Of a DNA stretch of 64,000 nt, positions 35,737 through 46,191 are shown one piece after another. The translations under genes and the position numbers were made by a program. The stretch's first letter is position 1; each line of letters opens with the position of its first letter. The notes below the pieces were generated by a model, which ran no database searches, was not told where the DNA came from, and was given only the letters and a program-made list of their open reading frames with translations. Source of the stretch: Escherichia phage vB_EcoM_RZ; sequence record MW598459; one strand, given 5' to 3'.

Positions 35737-38451
35737 TTAAAAATCAAACATATCAAAAAGAGATGCTTTTTTCTCGTAATCAACCTTAGCTGCTTCAGAG
35801 AACCCTGTTAATGGTTTGACAAAAGTCTTCTGGAACAGTGTGTTGTAGTCCATCCACTGCAAGACTTGGTCACGAATTTCAATCGGGAGTTCAATCCCTG
35901 ATGGCCATGCAATCACGGTTTCGCCAAACGGGTTACCAACTTTAAGAGGAAGCACATACACCTTTTCCCCTTCCATGATTTGTGGAACAGTCTTCAGACC
36001 TTTAGTTGCACGCATATATGCAAGCACACCTTTGATATGAGCCGGGCACTTAAATCCAGGGAAACCGCCTTCATTATATTTCTGGATGTTGTTAACCGAT
36101 GATACACCTGCGATGGTCATGTAGTTAAGCTCATTAAATTCCTTATTGAATTCCTTGAAGTATGTCTGCAGAGATTCTTCACCTTCTTGCAACATGCGGC
36201 GGATACATTCTTTCAGAGCTTTCTGACATGCCTTTGGAGTGCTCGACTTTTGAGTTTCCAGACCCATGATTTTCAGTTTCGGAACAGCATATCGTGTGCC
36301 TTCCATATCGTACACGTTCAACGCATAACGCTTCTTCGCCGTCCAGAACCCACCAACACCTTTAGAACCCAGCGGAGGACATGCAATCGCTTCACGGTCC
36401 ATAAACATAAGGTGCTGTTTGTTGTTCATGTATTCAGCCAGCTCACGGAAAGCTTTATCGATTGCCGGTTCCAGACGGTCTTTCGCGAACTTGTCCATGA
36501 AGTCAACCAGGTGGTTTGTATCACGGAATTTAGATTCACCACCAACCTTTTTAATCAGGTTATCGCACTGGATATAAATGGAGTCAGTGTCACCATAGAA
36601 TACGTAGGTTTCGCCGTTTGTCCCACAGACACTATCGAAGTATTCGTTAACTTTACGCTCAATCCACTGCAATGCAAGTTGTCCGAAAGATGTAATCGCG
36701 GTTGCATTTCGCAGGTCAAAGTAACGGAACCAGATATTACCCAGAGCGCCATAACAACTGTTGATAAGCAGTTTACGGTTAATCTGTGCGGTCATGCCTG
36801 CAACTTCTTCCATTTGTGCTTTGTACAACATACCATTCAGAACTGTTTGATTCAGTCCATGCAAGGTTGTTTTCATATTGTCATCAAAGTCATGACGATA
36901 ATCAACTTCAGGCTCGGTTGTACCAGTTCCTGGATTACGCAGAGCTTCCTTAATCAGTTCACCATTACGTTGAGCCGCAAGCATATAGCCTTTGTGTTCT
37001 TTACGCTGATTAAACACCTTGGTGACTTCTGTTGGAATAATACCTGCAACATCTTTAAAATACATCATACCATTTGGGGCACAACTAAATGTATCAGATG
37101 GACGGTCAGCAGTTCCTGCGATGTATTCATACATCTGGGCTGGAGCAAATGAACCGGCAATCGTTTCGGGACTGATGTTAATCTGTCGGATGATGCTCGG
37201 ATACAGAGATGTTAAGTCACAGCTCATTACATATTTGTATGCGTTCGGAATAGGTTCCTTAACAAATGCACCGGGGAACGATTGACGAACATGCGATTTG
37301 GTTTCCGGAATGACTTTGTTTTGAGTCTTCAGGCTGTTAAAGATAATCGCATCCCAAGTTTTGATTGGGCTGAATACAGACTGAATCTGCATCTTTGCAT
37401 AATAACCCATTGACTGACTCAGGTTAATAAACTGCCGCTTACGGTCAATCTGCACAACACGATAAACGTCGATGATGTTATAAGAAATATACCGTTGGTG
37501 ATTTGATTCACGCAGTTTAGAAATTGGGCCATCATATGGGAGTTTACCAACACCCAGTTCAGATTCCGCAACATAATCCAACGAATAAGACGGTTGATTT
37601 GTGAAGCTGAACTTTTTATACAGGTCCAGATAATCCAGAACAGAGATACCCAGAATCTGAATGATTTCTTGTTCTTCACCGAAACCGTTGTTAATGACCT
37701 TAACTTTTGTACGACGATGCGGACTCAGACGTTTTGCCGTAGCTTCACCAAATACATTTTTAAGACGGTTGTAGATATATGGAATATCAAACTTCTCGAT
37801 GTTCCAACCAGTTAACATAACCGGAGTTTTCTCGTTCCAGAATACCAAATACTGCTGGAGCATTTCTTCTTCTGAATCGAAAGCCATATAAACAATTTTT
37901 TCCAGGATTTCTTCAGGGACTTCATCGCCGCCATCTTCTTGCAGCTTAGCAGCAATATCAATAGACCATTGCTCCACAGTGGCGTATGGTGAGCTCAAAA
38001 GGTCAAAGACATAGAATTTATCGTCTACCGAATCATAGTGCGTCAGGGCATCAATAGGGTGACGTGCTTCAGACGGCTCAGGGAACCCATCGGGAGATGT
38101 CACCTCGATATCGAAGTTAGCAACACGGATTTTACTTGAATCATATTTGATTTCGTGTGGGTAACGGTCGGACAAGTATGCAAGTTTAAAGTCATCCATA
38201 CCCATAGCTTCGAGACCCATGTCATTCATTCGCTTCATCCACTGGGATGCATCACGCATGGAATCGAATTCTTTTTTCACACAACCTTTATTATAGATGT
38301 CTGTATACTTTGCAGCCTGGTCTTCACGGGCGTGCATAAACAAGCATGGAGCATAAGGGATTTCACGAACACGTTCATGACCGTTCTTGTCAATGTATCG
38401 TTCGAGCAGATTGTCACCGATTTGTTCGATAGTTAAATAAAATTCTTGCAT
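35737..38451 (-). CDS. 43: DNA polymerase gp43 (family B)
   Basis: 904 aa; motifs YGDTDS, KILINSxYGALG and exonuclease FDIE present; matches recalled T4 gp43. Confidence 0.96.
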   Translation of the reverse strand: MQEFYLTIEQIGDNLLERYIDKNGHERVREIPYAPCLFMHAREDQAAKYTDIYNKGCVKKEFDSMRDASQWMKRMNDMGLEAMGMDDFKLAYLSDRYPHEIKYDSSKIRVANFDIEVTSPDGFPEPSEARHPIDALTHYDSVDDKFYVFDLLSSPYATVEQWSIDIAAKLQEDGGDEVPEEILEKIVYMAFDSEEEMLQQYLVFWNEKTPVMLTGWNIEKFDIPYIYNRLKNVFGEATAKRLSPHRRTKVKVINNGFGEEQEIIQILGISVLDYLDLYKKFSFTNQPSYSLDYVAESELGVGKLPYDGPISKLRESNHQRYISYNIIDVYRVVQIDRKRQFINLSQSMGYYAKMQIQSVFSPIKTWDAIIFNSLKTQNKVIPETKSHVRQSFPGAFVKEPIPNAYKYVMSCDLTSLYPSIIRQINISPETIAGSFAPAQMYEYIAGTADRPSDTFSCAPNGMMYFKDVAGIIPTEVTKVFNQRKEHKGYMLAAQRNGELIKEALRNPGTGTTEPEVDYRHDFDDNMKTTLHGLNQTVLNGMLYKAQMEEVAGMTAQINRKLLINSCYGALGNIWFRYFDLRNATAITSFGQLALQWIERKVNEYFDSVCGTNGETYVFYGDTDSIYIQCDNLIKKVGGESKFRDTNHLVDFMDKFAKDRLEPAIDKAFRELAEYMNNKQHLMFMDREAIACPPLGSKGVGGFWTAKKRYALNVYDMEGTRYAVPKLKIMGLETQKSSTPKACQKALKECIRRMLQEGEESLQTYFKEFNKEFNELNYMTIAGVSSVNNIQKYNEGGFPGFKCPAHIKGVLAYMRATKGLKTVPQIMEGEKVYVLPLKVGNPFGETVIAWPSGIELPIEIRDQVLQWMDYNTLFQKTFVKPLTGFSEAAKVDYEKKASLFDMFDF

Positions 38452-38511
38452 TTGGTTTCCTTTATAGTCGAGTGATTGACTTTTGTTTTATGACTTGACG
38501 CTATTATACTA

Positions 38512-38535
38512 CAAAAGGGACCGAAGTCCCTTTGC
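38512..38535 (-). terminator. Hairpin terminator upstream of gene 43
   Basis: GGGAC-CGAA-GTCCC hairpin followed by T-run on the minus strand. Confidence 0.45.
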
Positions 38536-38536
38536 T

Positions 38537-38764
38537 TTAAATTTCTATTGTACGACGTTCGATAGTCGGATTACCATTTTCATCTTTAGTTCTAACCATA
38601 GCCTGGAAGACTCTCTGCCCAGGATGTAATAATTTATTGAGTTCCTTTTGAAATTCTATTTGAAGTTCTTTGGAAAGGTCAAAAATAGTTTGAGTTGGGG
38701 AAAGTCCATATATTTCTTTAAGGCGTTCACATGTTTCAATTTCATGCTTCATATCAATTACCAA
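38537..38764 (-). CDS. Hypothetical protein (75 aa)
   Basis: ORF between regA and 43. Confidence 0.4.
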   Translation of the reverse strand: MVIDMKHEIETCERLKEIYGLSPTQTIFDLSKELQIEFQKELNKLLHPGQRVFQAMVRTKDENGNPTIERRTIEI

Positions 38765-39122
38765 TTGTGTATTTGGCTACAAGCTTCCAGTCGTCTTTTT
38801 GTTTGAAGGAGATAACACGGAAGTTGTTTGTTACTGCGAACAATTCATTATGCTCTTCTTCTTTGATAGCGATTAAGCCCCAGTCTTCAAGCAGTTGGGC
38901 AATGGAATCACGGCGCTGATAGTCTTCGCCGTCAATATCCACCTGACGACCATCCATGCGCAGCATTTCTTTGAAGTGAACAATATAATAACGACCTTGC
39001 TTCTGGAGGATGTGACAGCTCTGGTACAGCACACGGTCTTTATTATTTGCGATGCCCATACGGGTCAGAGTTTCTTTAACTTTCAGGAAGTCTTCAGGTT
39101 GCTTTAATGTAATTTCAATCAT
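38754..39122 (-). CDS. regA: Translational repressor RegA
   Basis: 122 aa; matches recalled T4 RegA length and position after gene 62. Confidence 0.85.
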   Translation of the reverse strand: MIEITLKQPEDFLKVKETLTRMGIANNKDRVLYQSCHILQKQGRYYIVHFKEMLRMDGRQVDIDGEDYQRRDSIAQLLEDWGLIAIKEEEHNELFAVTNNFRVISFKQKDDWKLVAKYTIGN

Positions 39123-39123
39123 T

Positions 39124-39702
39124 TTACCATTCCAATATTTGTTTTTTAATTTCTTTTTGTTCTTTCACATTACTGGTAACGGTCTTTAAGAATTCATCCG
39201 TTACCAGACCTTTTGTCTTTTTCAAAACATCTTTAAGACTACCTTTGACTTTCAATGTTTCCATATACATCAAAGCATCATCTGCATTAATTGTATAATA
39301 TTTCATTAAAAGCTTTAACACAAGCTGGACGTTGACCGCATCCGGCTCAGCCTTTGCCCATTTGCCATAACGCTTGCCTTGTGGAACTGCATGCAGCAAA
39401 TAATTATAATGCTGTTGGTCTGTTAACCCGGAACCGATTAAGTTCATCACATTCACCTGCATAATGCAATCGACATGTTGGCTCAATGCGTTTTCCAACC
39501 AGAATTTATTGTAGTTTTCTGATTGAATCAGGTTCCGTGGTTTTTTGCTAACGGTTATGTCGTTAAGAATCGCGAACAATTCATTTTCTGCTTTCTCTTT
39601 GTATGAATCGGACAATTCCTGAATTTTGTTAAAGTCGCGTGATTTCCACGCAACCTCATGTTCGTTTAATTGAACGTCATCATCAAAGAGACTTACAGCC
39701 AT
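39124..39702 (-). CDS. 62: Clamp loader small subunit gp62
   Basis: 192 aa; position between gp44 and regA. Confidence 0.8.
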   Translation of the reverse strand: MAVSLFDDDVQLNEHEVAWKSRDFNKIQELSDSYKEKAENELFAILNDITVSKKPRNLIQSENYNKFWLENALSQHVDCIMQVNVMNLIGSGLTDQQHYNYLLHAVPQGKRYGKWAKAEPDAVNVQLVLKLLMKYYTINADDALMYMETLKVKGSLKDVLKKTKGLVTDEFLKTVTSNVKEQKEIKKQILEW

Positions 39703-40652
39703 TTCATTTCCCCAGCCAGTTGAGCAAACAGATAAGTCAAGTGAACTTCAGTATTGGCTGCAATGCCATGGTACTGATTATTCTCACCCACAATCTCATA
39801 CATACGGATGATGCTTGCACCAGTCAGTTTGCCATACATTTCATCAGCCAGCTTTGCAATGAAGCTTGAATAATCATTTGCATGCTTAGGAGCCAGCCCA
39901 CGGAGAACTTTAAAGTTACGGTCCTTAAGGGCATCAATCACATCATCAATTGGTGTGCGATTGTTTGTCACGATGCTCAGAATACCGGAATCGATAACAC
40001 CTTTTGCAGAGTAACGGTCAAGCTCATTAATTGTCTTACGCAGGTCCGGGAAGTTATGCTTAACCAGAGCAGCAACAACTTTCAGGTCTTCGATTTCAAC
40101 GCCTTCGTTTTTACATATCGCGACTGCACGATGAATCATCTCTTTCATCATAGTAGTCTGGTCAGCTGGAGTTGCTTCACCAAACTTAATTACGCGGCAA
40201 CGAGACTGCAACGGAGTGATGATACCATCGATATTGTTCGCGGTCATAATGATTGAACAGTTGCTCGAATAAGCTTCCATAAAGCTACGAAGGTGTCGTT
40301 GTGATTCAGCCAGACCCGCACGGTCAAACTCATCGATAACGATTACCTTACGGCGTCCTTCGATTGATTTAGATGATGCAAAGCGAGTCAATTCATTACG
40401 CACAAAGTCAATTCGACAATCGGAGCCGTTAACAAACAGCATATCAGAATTCGTATCCGCACACATAGCTTTTGCAACTGTTGTCTTACCAGTACCAGGG
40501 GAAGAACTGACCAGAATCAAGTTAGGAATCAAACCTTTTTTAACAATCGCCTCTAATGTTTCTTTATCATGAGCCGGAAGAATACACTCTGATAATGTAC
40601 CTGGACGGTATTTTTGTTCCCACATGAATTCTTTGTCATTAACCGTTAACAT
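39693..40652 (-). CDS. 44: Clamp loader large subunit gp44 (AAA+)
   Basis: 319 aa; Walker A SSSPGTGKTTVAKA. Confidence 0.93.
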   Translation of the reverse strand: MLTVNDKEFMWEQKYRPGTLSECILPAHDKETLEAIVKKGLIPNLILVSSSPGTGKTTVAKAMCADTNSDMLFVNGSDCRIDFVRNELTRFASSKSIEGRRKVIVIDEFDRAGLAESQRHLRSFMEAYSSNCSIIMTANNIDGIITPLQSRCRVIKFGEATPADQTTMMKEMIHRAVAICKNEGVEIEDLKVVAALVKHNFPDLRKTINELDRYSAKGVIDSGILSIVTNNRTPIDDVIDALKDRNFKVLRGLAPKHANDYSSFIAKLADEMYGKLTGASIIRMYEIVGENNQYHGIAANTEVHLTYLFAQLAGEMKWL

Positions 40653-40708
40653 ATATTTTCCTCATATTAGTTTCTACTTTGTACTCCATGGGGCCGAAGC
40701 CCCATTTA

Positions 40709-41404
40709 TTAATCTTGGAATTCGTGGCTAGAGCCTTGTTCCATTGCAATCACATAGCTTGCTTGTGTGCCTTCAAACTTCGTAGCAAATTTATCATCTT
40801 TTGCCCAAAGCATAACACGATAATCAGCCGGAATCATTTTCATGTTCAGTTTGTTAATGATAAATTTAAACGCTGCATCACCTTCGTAATCGCCACACAC
40901 CAGGGAATACAATGGACGCGCTAACTCTTTATCTTCGAGCTGATTATAACCATGGATAACAATCTTACCGTCTTTGTTGGTGATTGCAAAAGTATCCAGA
41001 GACAAACCACCAGCCACACGCAGAAGCTGTTGCAGGTCACTACCTTTCAGGTCGAAAATAACCTTAGCTACCGGGAAAGGAATCTTCTTAGCAGGGAACA
41101 CGATAGTGCTCGGGTCTGCAGCAGGCCAGTGAATCGTTGAACGTTGGTCTTTGATAATGATGTTTGATGCATCTTCAGCCAGAGATACTTCAGCTTGGTC
41201 AGTTACCAGGCCCAGGATACTTAAGAAGCCGTTTAGGTCATAAATTGCAGCTTCAAAGTCGATTGTATCATTGATTTCGGCTTCGCCATATGACGCTCCA
41301 GTTACGGAACGAGTCAGGATGGTATTACCTGGCTTAAGCATAATGCCAGAGTAAATGGAAGTGAAGTTTTTCAGAACTGCGATAGTGTCTTTAGAGAATT
41401 TCAT
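40709..41404 (-). CDS. 45: Sliding clamp gp45
   Basis: 231 aa; MKFSKDT.A.LKNF..I.SGIMLK matches recalled T4 gp45. Confidence 0.9.
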   Translation of the reverse strand: MKFSKDTIAVLKNFTSIYSGIMLKPGNTILTRSVTGASYGEAEINDTIDFEAAIYDLNGFLSILGLVTDQAEVSLAEDASNIIIKDQRSTIHWPAADPSTIVFPAKKIPFPVAKVIFDLKGSDLQQLLRVAGGLSLDTFAITNKDGKIVIHGYNQLEDKELARPLYSLVCGDYEGDAAFKFIINKLNMKMIPADYRVMLWAKDDKFATKFEGTQASYVIAMEQGSSHEFQD

Positions 41405-41431
41405 TTAATTACCTTTTATTCAAATCAAAAA

Positions 41432-41863
41432 TTAAGCAACAACTGCCATTTGTTTGCGGATAGCTTCCGGAAGAGATTCAATATACTCTGGAAGTTGTGC
41501 AGCAATAATAGAACCAGCTTGCACCAGATGGTCATCAGAGTTAACACAATAATCATCTTCAAGACGTTCGGAACCGTCACGGTCGATAACCAGTTTAGCA
41601 CCAGCAGCCAGTGAATCGTTGTAGTGATTACGCATCAGTTCAATCCACTTATCAGATACATCAGTATCAATCACACCGTATAGCATGAATTTAATTTCTT
41701 GCGGCAGAGACTGCAGACGGGTAGCAGATGCTTCATCGCATGCCAGGACCCAGGATTTACGAACACGGTTTTGGTTATGCGGGTTAGCGTCAGTGCGGAT
41801 GGTTTTAACTTGGATATCTTTAGCAGTTACGTTGTTCATAATATTCTCTCTATTCATTATCAA
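41432..41863 (-). CDS. rpbA: RNA polymerase-binding protein RpbA (by position)
   Basis: 143 aa ORF between 45 and 46 as in T4. Confidence 0.55.
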   Translation of the reverse strand: MIMNRENIMNNVTAKDIQVKTIRTDANPHNQNRVRKSWVLACDEASATRLQSLPQEIKFMLYGVIDTDVSDKWIELMRNHYNDSLAAGAKLVIDRDGSERLEDDYCVNSDDHLVQAGSIIAAQLPEYIESLPEAIRKQMAVVA

Positions 41864-42055
41864 TTAATCAAAGTATTCATATGCGAACCAGGCATTGTGT
41901 CTGTTCGCGATTATTTTAACATATTCTTCACCGAAAGCGTTTTGCAAGTCACGTTCAGTGACAAGGTGTTCATCTTTCGAAAAGGTATTAACTAACACAT
42001 ACCGTTTAATTTCAGGGACAGCCAATAAATGCTGCCCGGTTAAGAAGTCAGCCAT
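41864..42055 (-). CDS. Hypothetical protein (63 aa)
   Basis: ORF in minus-strand array. Confidence 0.4.
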   Translation of the reverse strand: MADFLTGQHLLAVPEIKRYVLVNTFSKDEHLVTERDLQNAFGEEYVKIIANRHNAWFAYEYFD

Positions 42056-42090
42056 AATAGCCTCTATTATAACATCCTTGTTTTAAAACA

Positions 42091-43773
42091 TTATTCCATA
42101 ACAGTGAATCGACCAACTTTTTTCATCTGGAGATGTTGTCCGTATGCTTCCGGGTCATGGTCTCGGTGACTGATGATAAAGATGTTGGTGTCTTCCAATT
42201 TGTTCAGGATGGTAGCAATTGCTTTAACACCCTCTACGTCAGTGGCCGAGTCAAAAACTTCATCCAGAATCAATGTGTTAATATTAACACCAGATACTTT
42301 CGCAGCAATATCGCGCCATGTAAACAGCAATGCAATATCTATACGAGCTTTTTCGCCCTGGCTAAATGATGCATAACTAAAGTCTTCACGACCACGAGAT
42401 TTAATCGTTTCGTTGAACTCTTCATCTAACGTAAAGCTATAATCAGCTTCCATAACTTTAAGATAAGCGTTTATCTGCTTATTAAAGATAGGAATATATT
42501 TCTTAATAATCGCGCCCTTAATACCAGAATCTTTCAACATATCCGTTAAGATACCACGTTGATATTTTTCCATCACAAGGTCGGATTTTTGTTTGACTAT
42601 TTTATCAAGCTGGTCTTGAAGCATTTTAATGTCTGCTGCATGGTCAATAAATTCCGACTTAGCTTGCTCGATTAATGCTTTAACCTTTTTAGCTTTTTCG
42701 ACAGTCTGGACTAAGGTTTGTTTCTTAGTTTGAATGTCTTGAGCTATTGTACGCTGGTTTTGTCTTGCCTTGGTATACGCATCAAATTGCTCTTGAACAG
42801 CATTCTGGCGAGCTTTATGCTTATCAGCTGATGCATTACATTCTTCAATCTTTGACTCAATCCTGGCGACAATAGGGTCTCCTGGATGCAACTGACTGGC
42901 ACAAGTCTGACAACAACCGCCCTTCTCGTACAGACCAACAACCTTTCGGTAATCGTCAATCTTCGATTTAATCAGGAATGATTCCTGCTTTAACTTTGTG
43001 AGTTCGTGCTCGGGGTCTTCTCCCAAAATTATCTCGGTCAGTCTTGTTGTTGCTTCTTCGATAGTTGTCTTGATTCCACGTGCTTCTGTAGCAAGTTCAT
43101 CATACATCGTTTGCAGCCGCAACAGATTATCACCTGACAATTTTCTTTGACGGTCTTCGTTGTCCTGATAGATTTTAATCTGTTGAACGATACCGTCATG
43201 CTGTACATCCATAACCTGGATTTGGCTATTGACTTCGCGGATAAGAGATTTGTTCAGCTTATCCATATCGGCCAGTACAGAAACCTCTAAAAGGTCTTCG
43301 ACAAGCTTTCTTCTGGCAGGAGTGGATAGGCCCATAAAAGGGGTATATCCAGCTGTGCCGAGTACGACAATTTGTTTGAAACTGGCGTATGACATTCCGA
43401 TAAGCTGTTCAAATTCCGCTTGGAAGTCTTTACTGCTGGCAGATTCATCAAGACGTTTACCGCCACAAGAGATTTCAAAAACATTGGGTTTTTGCCCGCG
43501 TTTGATATAGTATTCTTTTCCATCATATTCCATCCACAATTCAACGAGCATATCTTTTTTGTTGCTCGAGTTAATCAACTGGCCTTTCTTTACATCACGG
43601 AAAGGCTTACCGAACATAGCAAAGGTAACCGCTTCAAGGAACGTAGATTTACCCGCGCCATTCTTGCCGGTGACCAGAGTTTTCTGGACTTTATCCAGTT
43701 CAACAGTAATCGGTTGAGCACCAACCGACATAATATTTTTATAGATAACTTTCTTAAGCTTAAAAGTCTTCAC
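42091..43773 (-). CDS. 46: Recombination endonuclease subunit gp46 (Rad50/SbcC-like)
   Basis: 560 aa; Walker A GKNGAGKST, coiled-coil middle, zinc hook CCQTC. Confidence 0.93.
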   Translation of the reverse strand: MKTFKLKKVIYKNIMSVGAQPITVELDKVQKTLVTGKNGAGKSTFLEAVTFAMFGKPFRDVKKGQLINSSNKKDMLVELWMEYDGKEYYIKRGQKPNVFEISCGGKRLDESASSKDFQAEFEQLIGMSYASFKQIVVLGTAGYTPFMGLSTPARRKLVEDLLEVSVLADMDKLNKSLIREVNSQIQVMDVQHDGIVQQIKIYQDNEDRQRKLSGDNLLRLQTMYDELATEARGIKTTIEEATTRLTEIILGEDPEHELTKLKQESFLIKSKIDDYRKVVGLYEKGGCCQTCASQLHPGDPIVARIESKIEECNASADKHKARQNAVQEQFDAYTKARQNQRTIAQDIQTKKQTLVQTVEKAKKVKALIEQAKSEFIDHAADIKMLQDQLDKIVKQKSDLVMEKYQRGILTDMLKDSGIKGAIIKKYIPIFNKQINAYLKVMEADYSFTLDEEFNETIKSRGREDFSYASFSQGEKARIDIALLFTWRDIAAKVSGVNINTLILDEVFDSATDVEGVKAIATILNKLEDTNIFIISHRDHDPEAYGQHLQMKKVGRFTVME

Positions 43774-43988
43774 AAAAGATTCCTTTTAATGTATCTTTTA
43801 GACCATTCTATCATATCATCATAATCTAAAAAGCATTCATCAAATTCAGCCATGCAAACCACTCCCTGCGCCGTTTTTGATGTGATATAAATTATTCCGA
43901 CATATCTAGAATTTTCTTCGGTATAATCAATATTTGCTACAAATTCATCATCAAGATTAAATTCAAAAGTCTTCATCATAATAAGCAT
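43770..43988 (-). CDS. Hypothetical protein (72 aa)
   Basis: ORF in minus-strand array. Confidence 0.4.
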   Translation of the reverse strand: MLIMMKTFEFNLDDEFVANIDYTEENSRYVGIIYITSKTAQGVVCMAEFDECFLDYDDMIEWSKRYIKRNLL

Positions 43989-44226
43989 CCTTGATGCATG
44001 ATTCAGCCATATGAATTAATGTCTCTGGAGTATCATCTTCCATTACATTAAAGCTAAATTCTACGGCCCAATCGGTGACTACATAGACTTTGATAAGTTG
44101 ACCGGTTTCCCGGTCGGTGATAGCTTCAAACCAATACTTAATAGTATTCGGTTGATTATCGTCGTCAACCACATCACATTCGCGGATATGCTCAAGCCCC
44201 GCTTCATTAAAATCGTAAAGTCTCAC
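43963..44226 (-). CDS. Hypothetical protein (87 aa)
   Basis: ORF in minus-strand array. Confidence 0.4.
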   Translation of the reverse strand: MRLYDFNEAGLEHIRECDVVDDDNQPNTIKYWFEAITDRETGQLIKVYVVTDWAVEFSFNVMEDDTPETLIHMAESCIKDAYYDEDF

Positions 44227-45242
44227 GGTTGCACCTCAAGATATAATTTGTTGGCCAATGCTTTGAGAGCTTTTGATTCTTTCTCATTGGCATCAGGTAA
44301 TGCATCGATATATTCTGCCATCATATCAGTTAAGCGTTTTATGTCTAACTCTTCTTCGGAGTCAGTCGTATCAACACTATTGTCAACCTTATTGACCACA
44401 CGCAAATCATGCACGCGCTTTTCTAATTCAGATTCAAACTTGGTCAGGTCTTTATCGACTTTTTCTACAATAACACGGACTGATAAGTCTTTAAAGTCGT
44501 CGTAGTTAATAGTTTCGTTTGGATAGAAAATCTTCCGATGCCAGGTGGTTTCATTCGGAATAAATTTCATCTCTTCGGTTTCGGTGTCAAATTCCCAAAA
44601 CCCACGAGGGTCATTCTCATCACCTGCTGTTAATGTCCATGGTGTCCCTATGTACTTAACGTTTGCAGCTTCTGAAATGGTATGGAAGTGTCCAGACCAA
44701 ACTTGCTTGTACTTCTTAAGGAAATCAGGCTCAAGCCCGTGGGATTTCAATCCTTTATAGAAATAAAACCCGGACAATTCCCAGTGACCAATGCAATATT
44801 CAGCACCAGAAGTTTTGATGTGTTGATGAATGTCAGTCGCGTTCTCGTCACACATCCATGGAATCATATCAATCTGACAGCCGTCAAAATCAACAGTCGT
44901 TGGCTTGTCGTAGATTTTAACATGGTCATACTTATTCAGGAGTTCGGTGATAGCATTAGGATGAATCTTATTCTTCAGATTCATGTCATGGTTCCCGACT
45001 ATCGTGTGCATAGTAATTCCTGCTTCACGAAGGAGTTCCATAATCTCGCGACTGAATTCCATCGTCTTATGCGTTACGGCCTTACGGACGTCAAAGATAT
45101 CACCATATTGAATCCAGACTTTAATTCCATTCGCCTTAGAATATGCAATCGCCTGTAAAATACCATCACGTTGAATGTTTTGAGCCCATGGGTCGTCAGC
45201 TTTGACACCTAAGTGCCAATCACCTAAATTTAAAATTTTCAT
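44223..45242 (-). CDS. 47: Recombination nuclease gp47 (Mre11/SbcD-like)
   Basis: Start trimmed to MKILNLGDWHLG (339 aa); calcineurin-like phosphoesterase motifs GDWH, GNHD. Confidence 0.92.
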   Translation of the reverse strand: MKILNLGDWHLGVKADDPWAQNIQRDGILQAIAYSKANGIKVWIQYGDIFDVRKAVTHKTMEFSREIMELLREAGITMHTIVGNHDMNLKNKIHPNAITELLNKYDHVKIYDKPTTVDFDGCQIDMIPWMCDENATDIHQHIKTSGAEYCIGHWELSGFYFYKGLKSHGLEPDFLKKYKQVWSGHFHTISEAANVKYIGTPWTLTAGDENDPRGFWEFDTETEEMKFIPNETTWHRKIFYPNETINYDDFKDLSVRVIVEKVDKDLTKFESELEKRVHDLRVVNKVDNSVDTTDSEEELDIKRLTDMMAEYIDALPDANEKESKALKALANKLYLEVQP

Positions 45243-45382
45243 AAGCCAAGCGCCATTATCGCAATGCAAAATAAAATTATTGAAATGAACCCGTCAGGAG
45301 TAGAAAAGAATCCTATCCAACAAGCTCGTGTGAATGTGTAGAATGCCATGAATAACACGACATATCCTAAAAATAATTCCAT
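45239..45382 (-). CDS. Small membrane peptide (47 aa, not in track)
   Basis: My own translation MELFLGYVVLFMAFYTFTRACWIGFFSTPDGFISIILFCIAIMALGL; SD GAGGAG; stop overlaps gp47 start. Confidence 0.4.
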   Translation of the reverse strand: MELFLGYVVLFMAFYTFTRACWIGFFSTPDGFISIILFCIAIMALGL

Positions 45383-45425
45383 ATACTCTCCTCAGTTGGT
45401 TCATTTTATCATCCCGAATATAAAG

Positions 45426-45452
45426 CAAAAAAGGAAGCACTAGGCTTCCTTT
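45426..45452 (-). terminator. Rho-independent terminator
   Basis: GGAAGC-ACTA-GCTTCC hairpin followed by T-run on the minus strand. Confidence 0.5.
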
Positions 45453-45694
45453 CCAATTAATACACCATACAGAGGTTCGCGATTAGACTTGAACTTGATT
45501 TTCTTATGGGTAATAGTACCTTCATTTTCTGCTTTAATACGAGCGGCTTCAAATTGAAGTATCATCTCATTTTTGTCAGATTTAATCTTATCAAAATCCG
45601 TCGAATTCGTCATTCATATAGCCTCTTAAACTTTTTCGTATTCGTCATTCATAAGTTTAAAAATCCGGGTGTTCGTCTTCAAAGCAACCGATAT

Positions 45695-45895
45695 TCATCG
45701 CTGCCACCACTTCTTAAGTTGATGTGAATCCACCCAAACCTTGGCCACGGGCTCAATCTGAAAAATACCATCAGAATACTGCCCAACCATTTTATATTCG
45801 GTTTCGGTCTGCTTGATACAGATATTACCGTATGAGCGAAGTCTGAAAGCGGCTCCAACAAGAAGCCGTTTAAAAGGTTTATTTACTAATGCCAT
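45695..45895 (-). CDS. Hypothetical protein (66 aa)
   Basis: ORF in minus-strand array. Confidence 0.35.
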   Translation of the reverse strand: MALVNKPFKRLLVGAAFRLRSYGNICIKQTETEYKMVGQYSDGIFQIEPVAKVWVDSHQLKKWWQR

Positions 45896-46190
45896 TTACG
45901 ATTTCCCAAATTTGTTTGCGAGTAGTTTCCCACATCAACTTAATCAGGTCTTCCGTAACTGGTTGGCGGTAAATTCCACGCAGTTTAACTAAAGCATATT
46001 TGTATGCTTCAAAATTGTTTTCCAGCACCGCCCCTTGAGCATGCTTATTCAGTCGTGCAATTTCACGAGCATTCTTTTTCAGAATCTTTGCTGCTTGACT
46101 CTGTGCTTCGAGTGCGTTCGCTTCTTCGAGACGTTCCTGTGCTTCTTCAATCTGCTTATCGGTCAGTTGAGAAATATCTGGAGCTTGCAT
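45879..46190 (-). CDS. Hypothetical protein (103 aa)
   Basis: ORF in minus-strand array. Confidence 0.45.
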   Translation of the reverse strand: MQAPDISQLTDKQIEEAQERLEEANALEAQSQAAKILKKNAREIARLNKHAQGAVLENNFEAYKYALVKLRGIYRQPVTEDLIKLMWETTRKQIWEIVNGISK

Positions 46191-46191
46191 A

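Noticed and set aside
36187-37152. Long plus-strand ORF (321 aa) inside the DNA polymerase gene
   Set aside because: It lies antisense within gp43, which is confidently coding on the minus strand. The product is Cys/Phe/Thr-rich with no motif and has no SD. I treat it as a shadow ORF, as I do for the other long plus-strand ORFs inside uvsX (33416-34126), gene 39 (13586-14032, 14318-14740) and gene 46.
38452-38536. Possible gp43 translational operator hairpin upstream of the gene 43 start
   Set aside because: T4 gp43 autoregulates through a hairpin next to its SD, but I could not identify a convincing stem here by eye. Only a terminator-like hairpin further upstream is listed.
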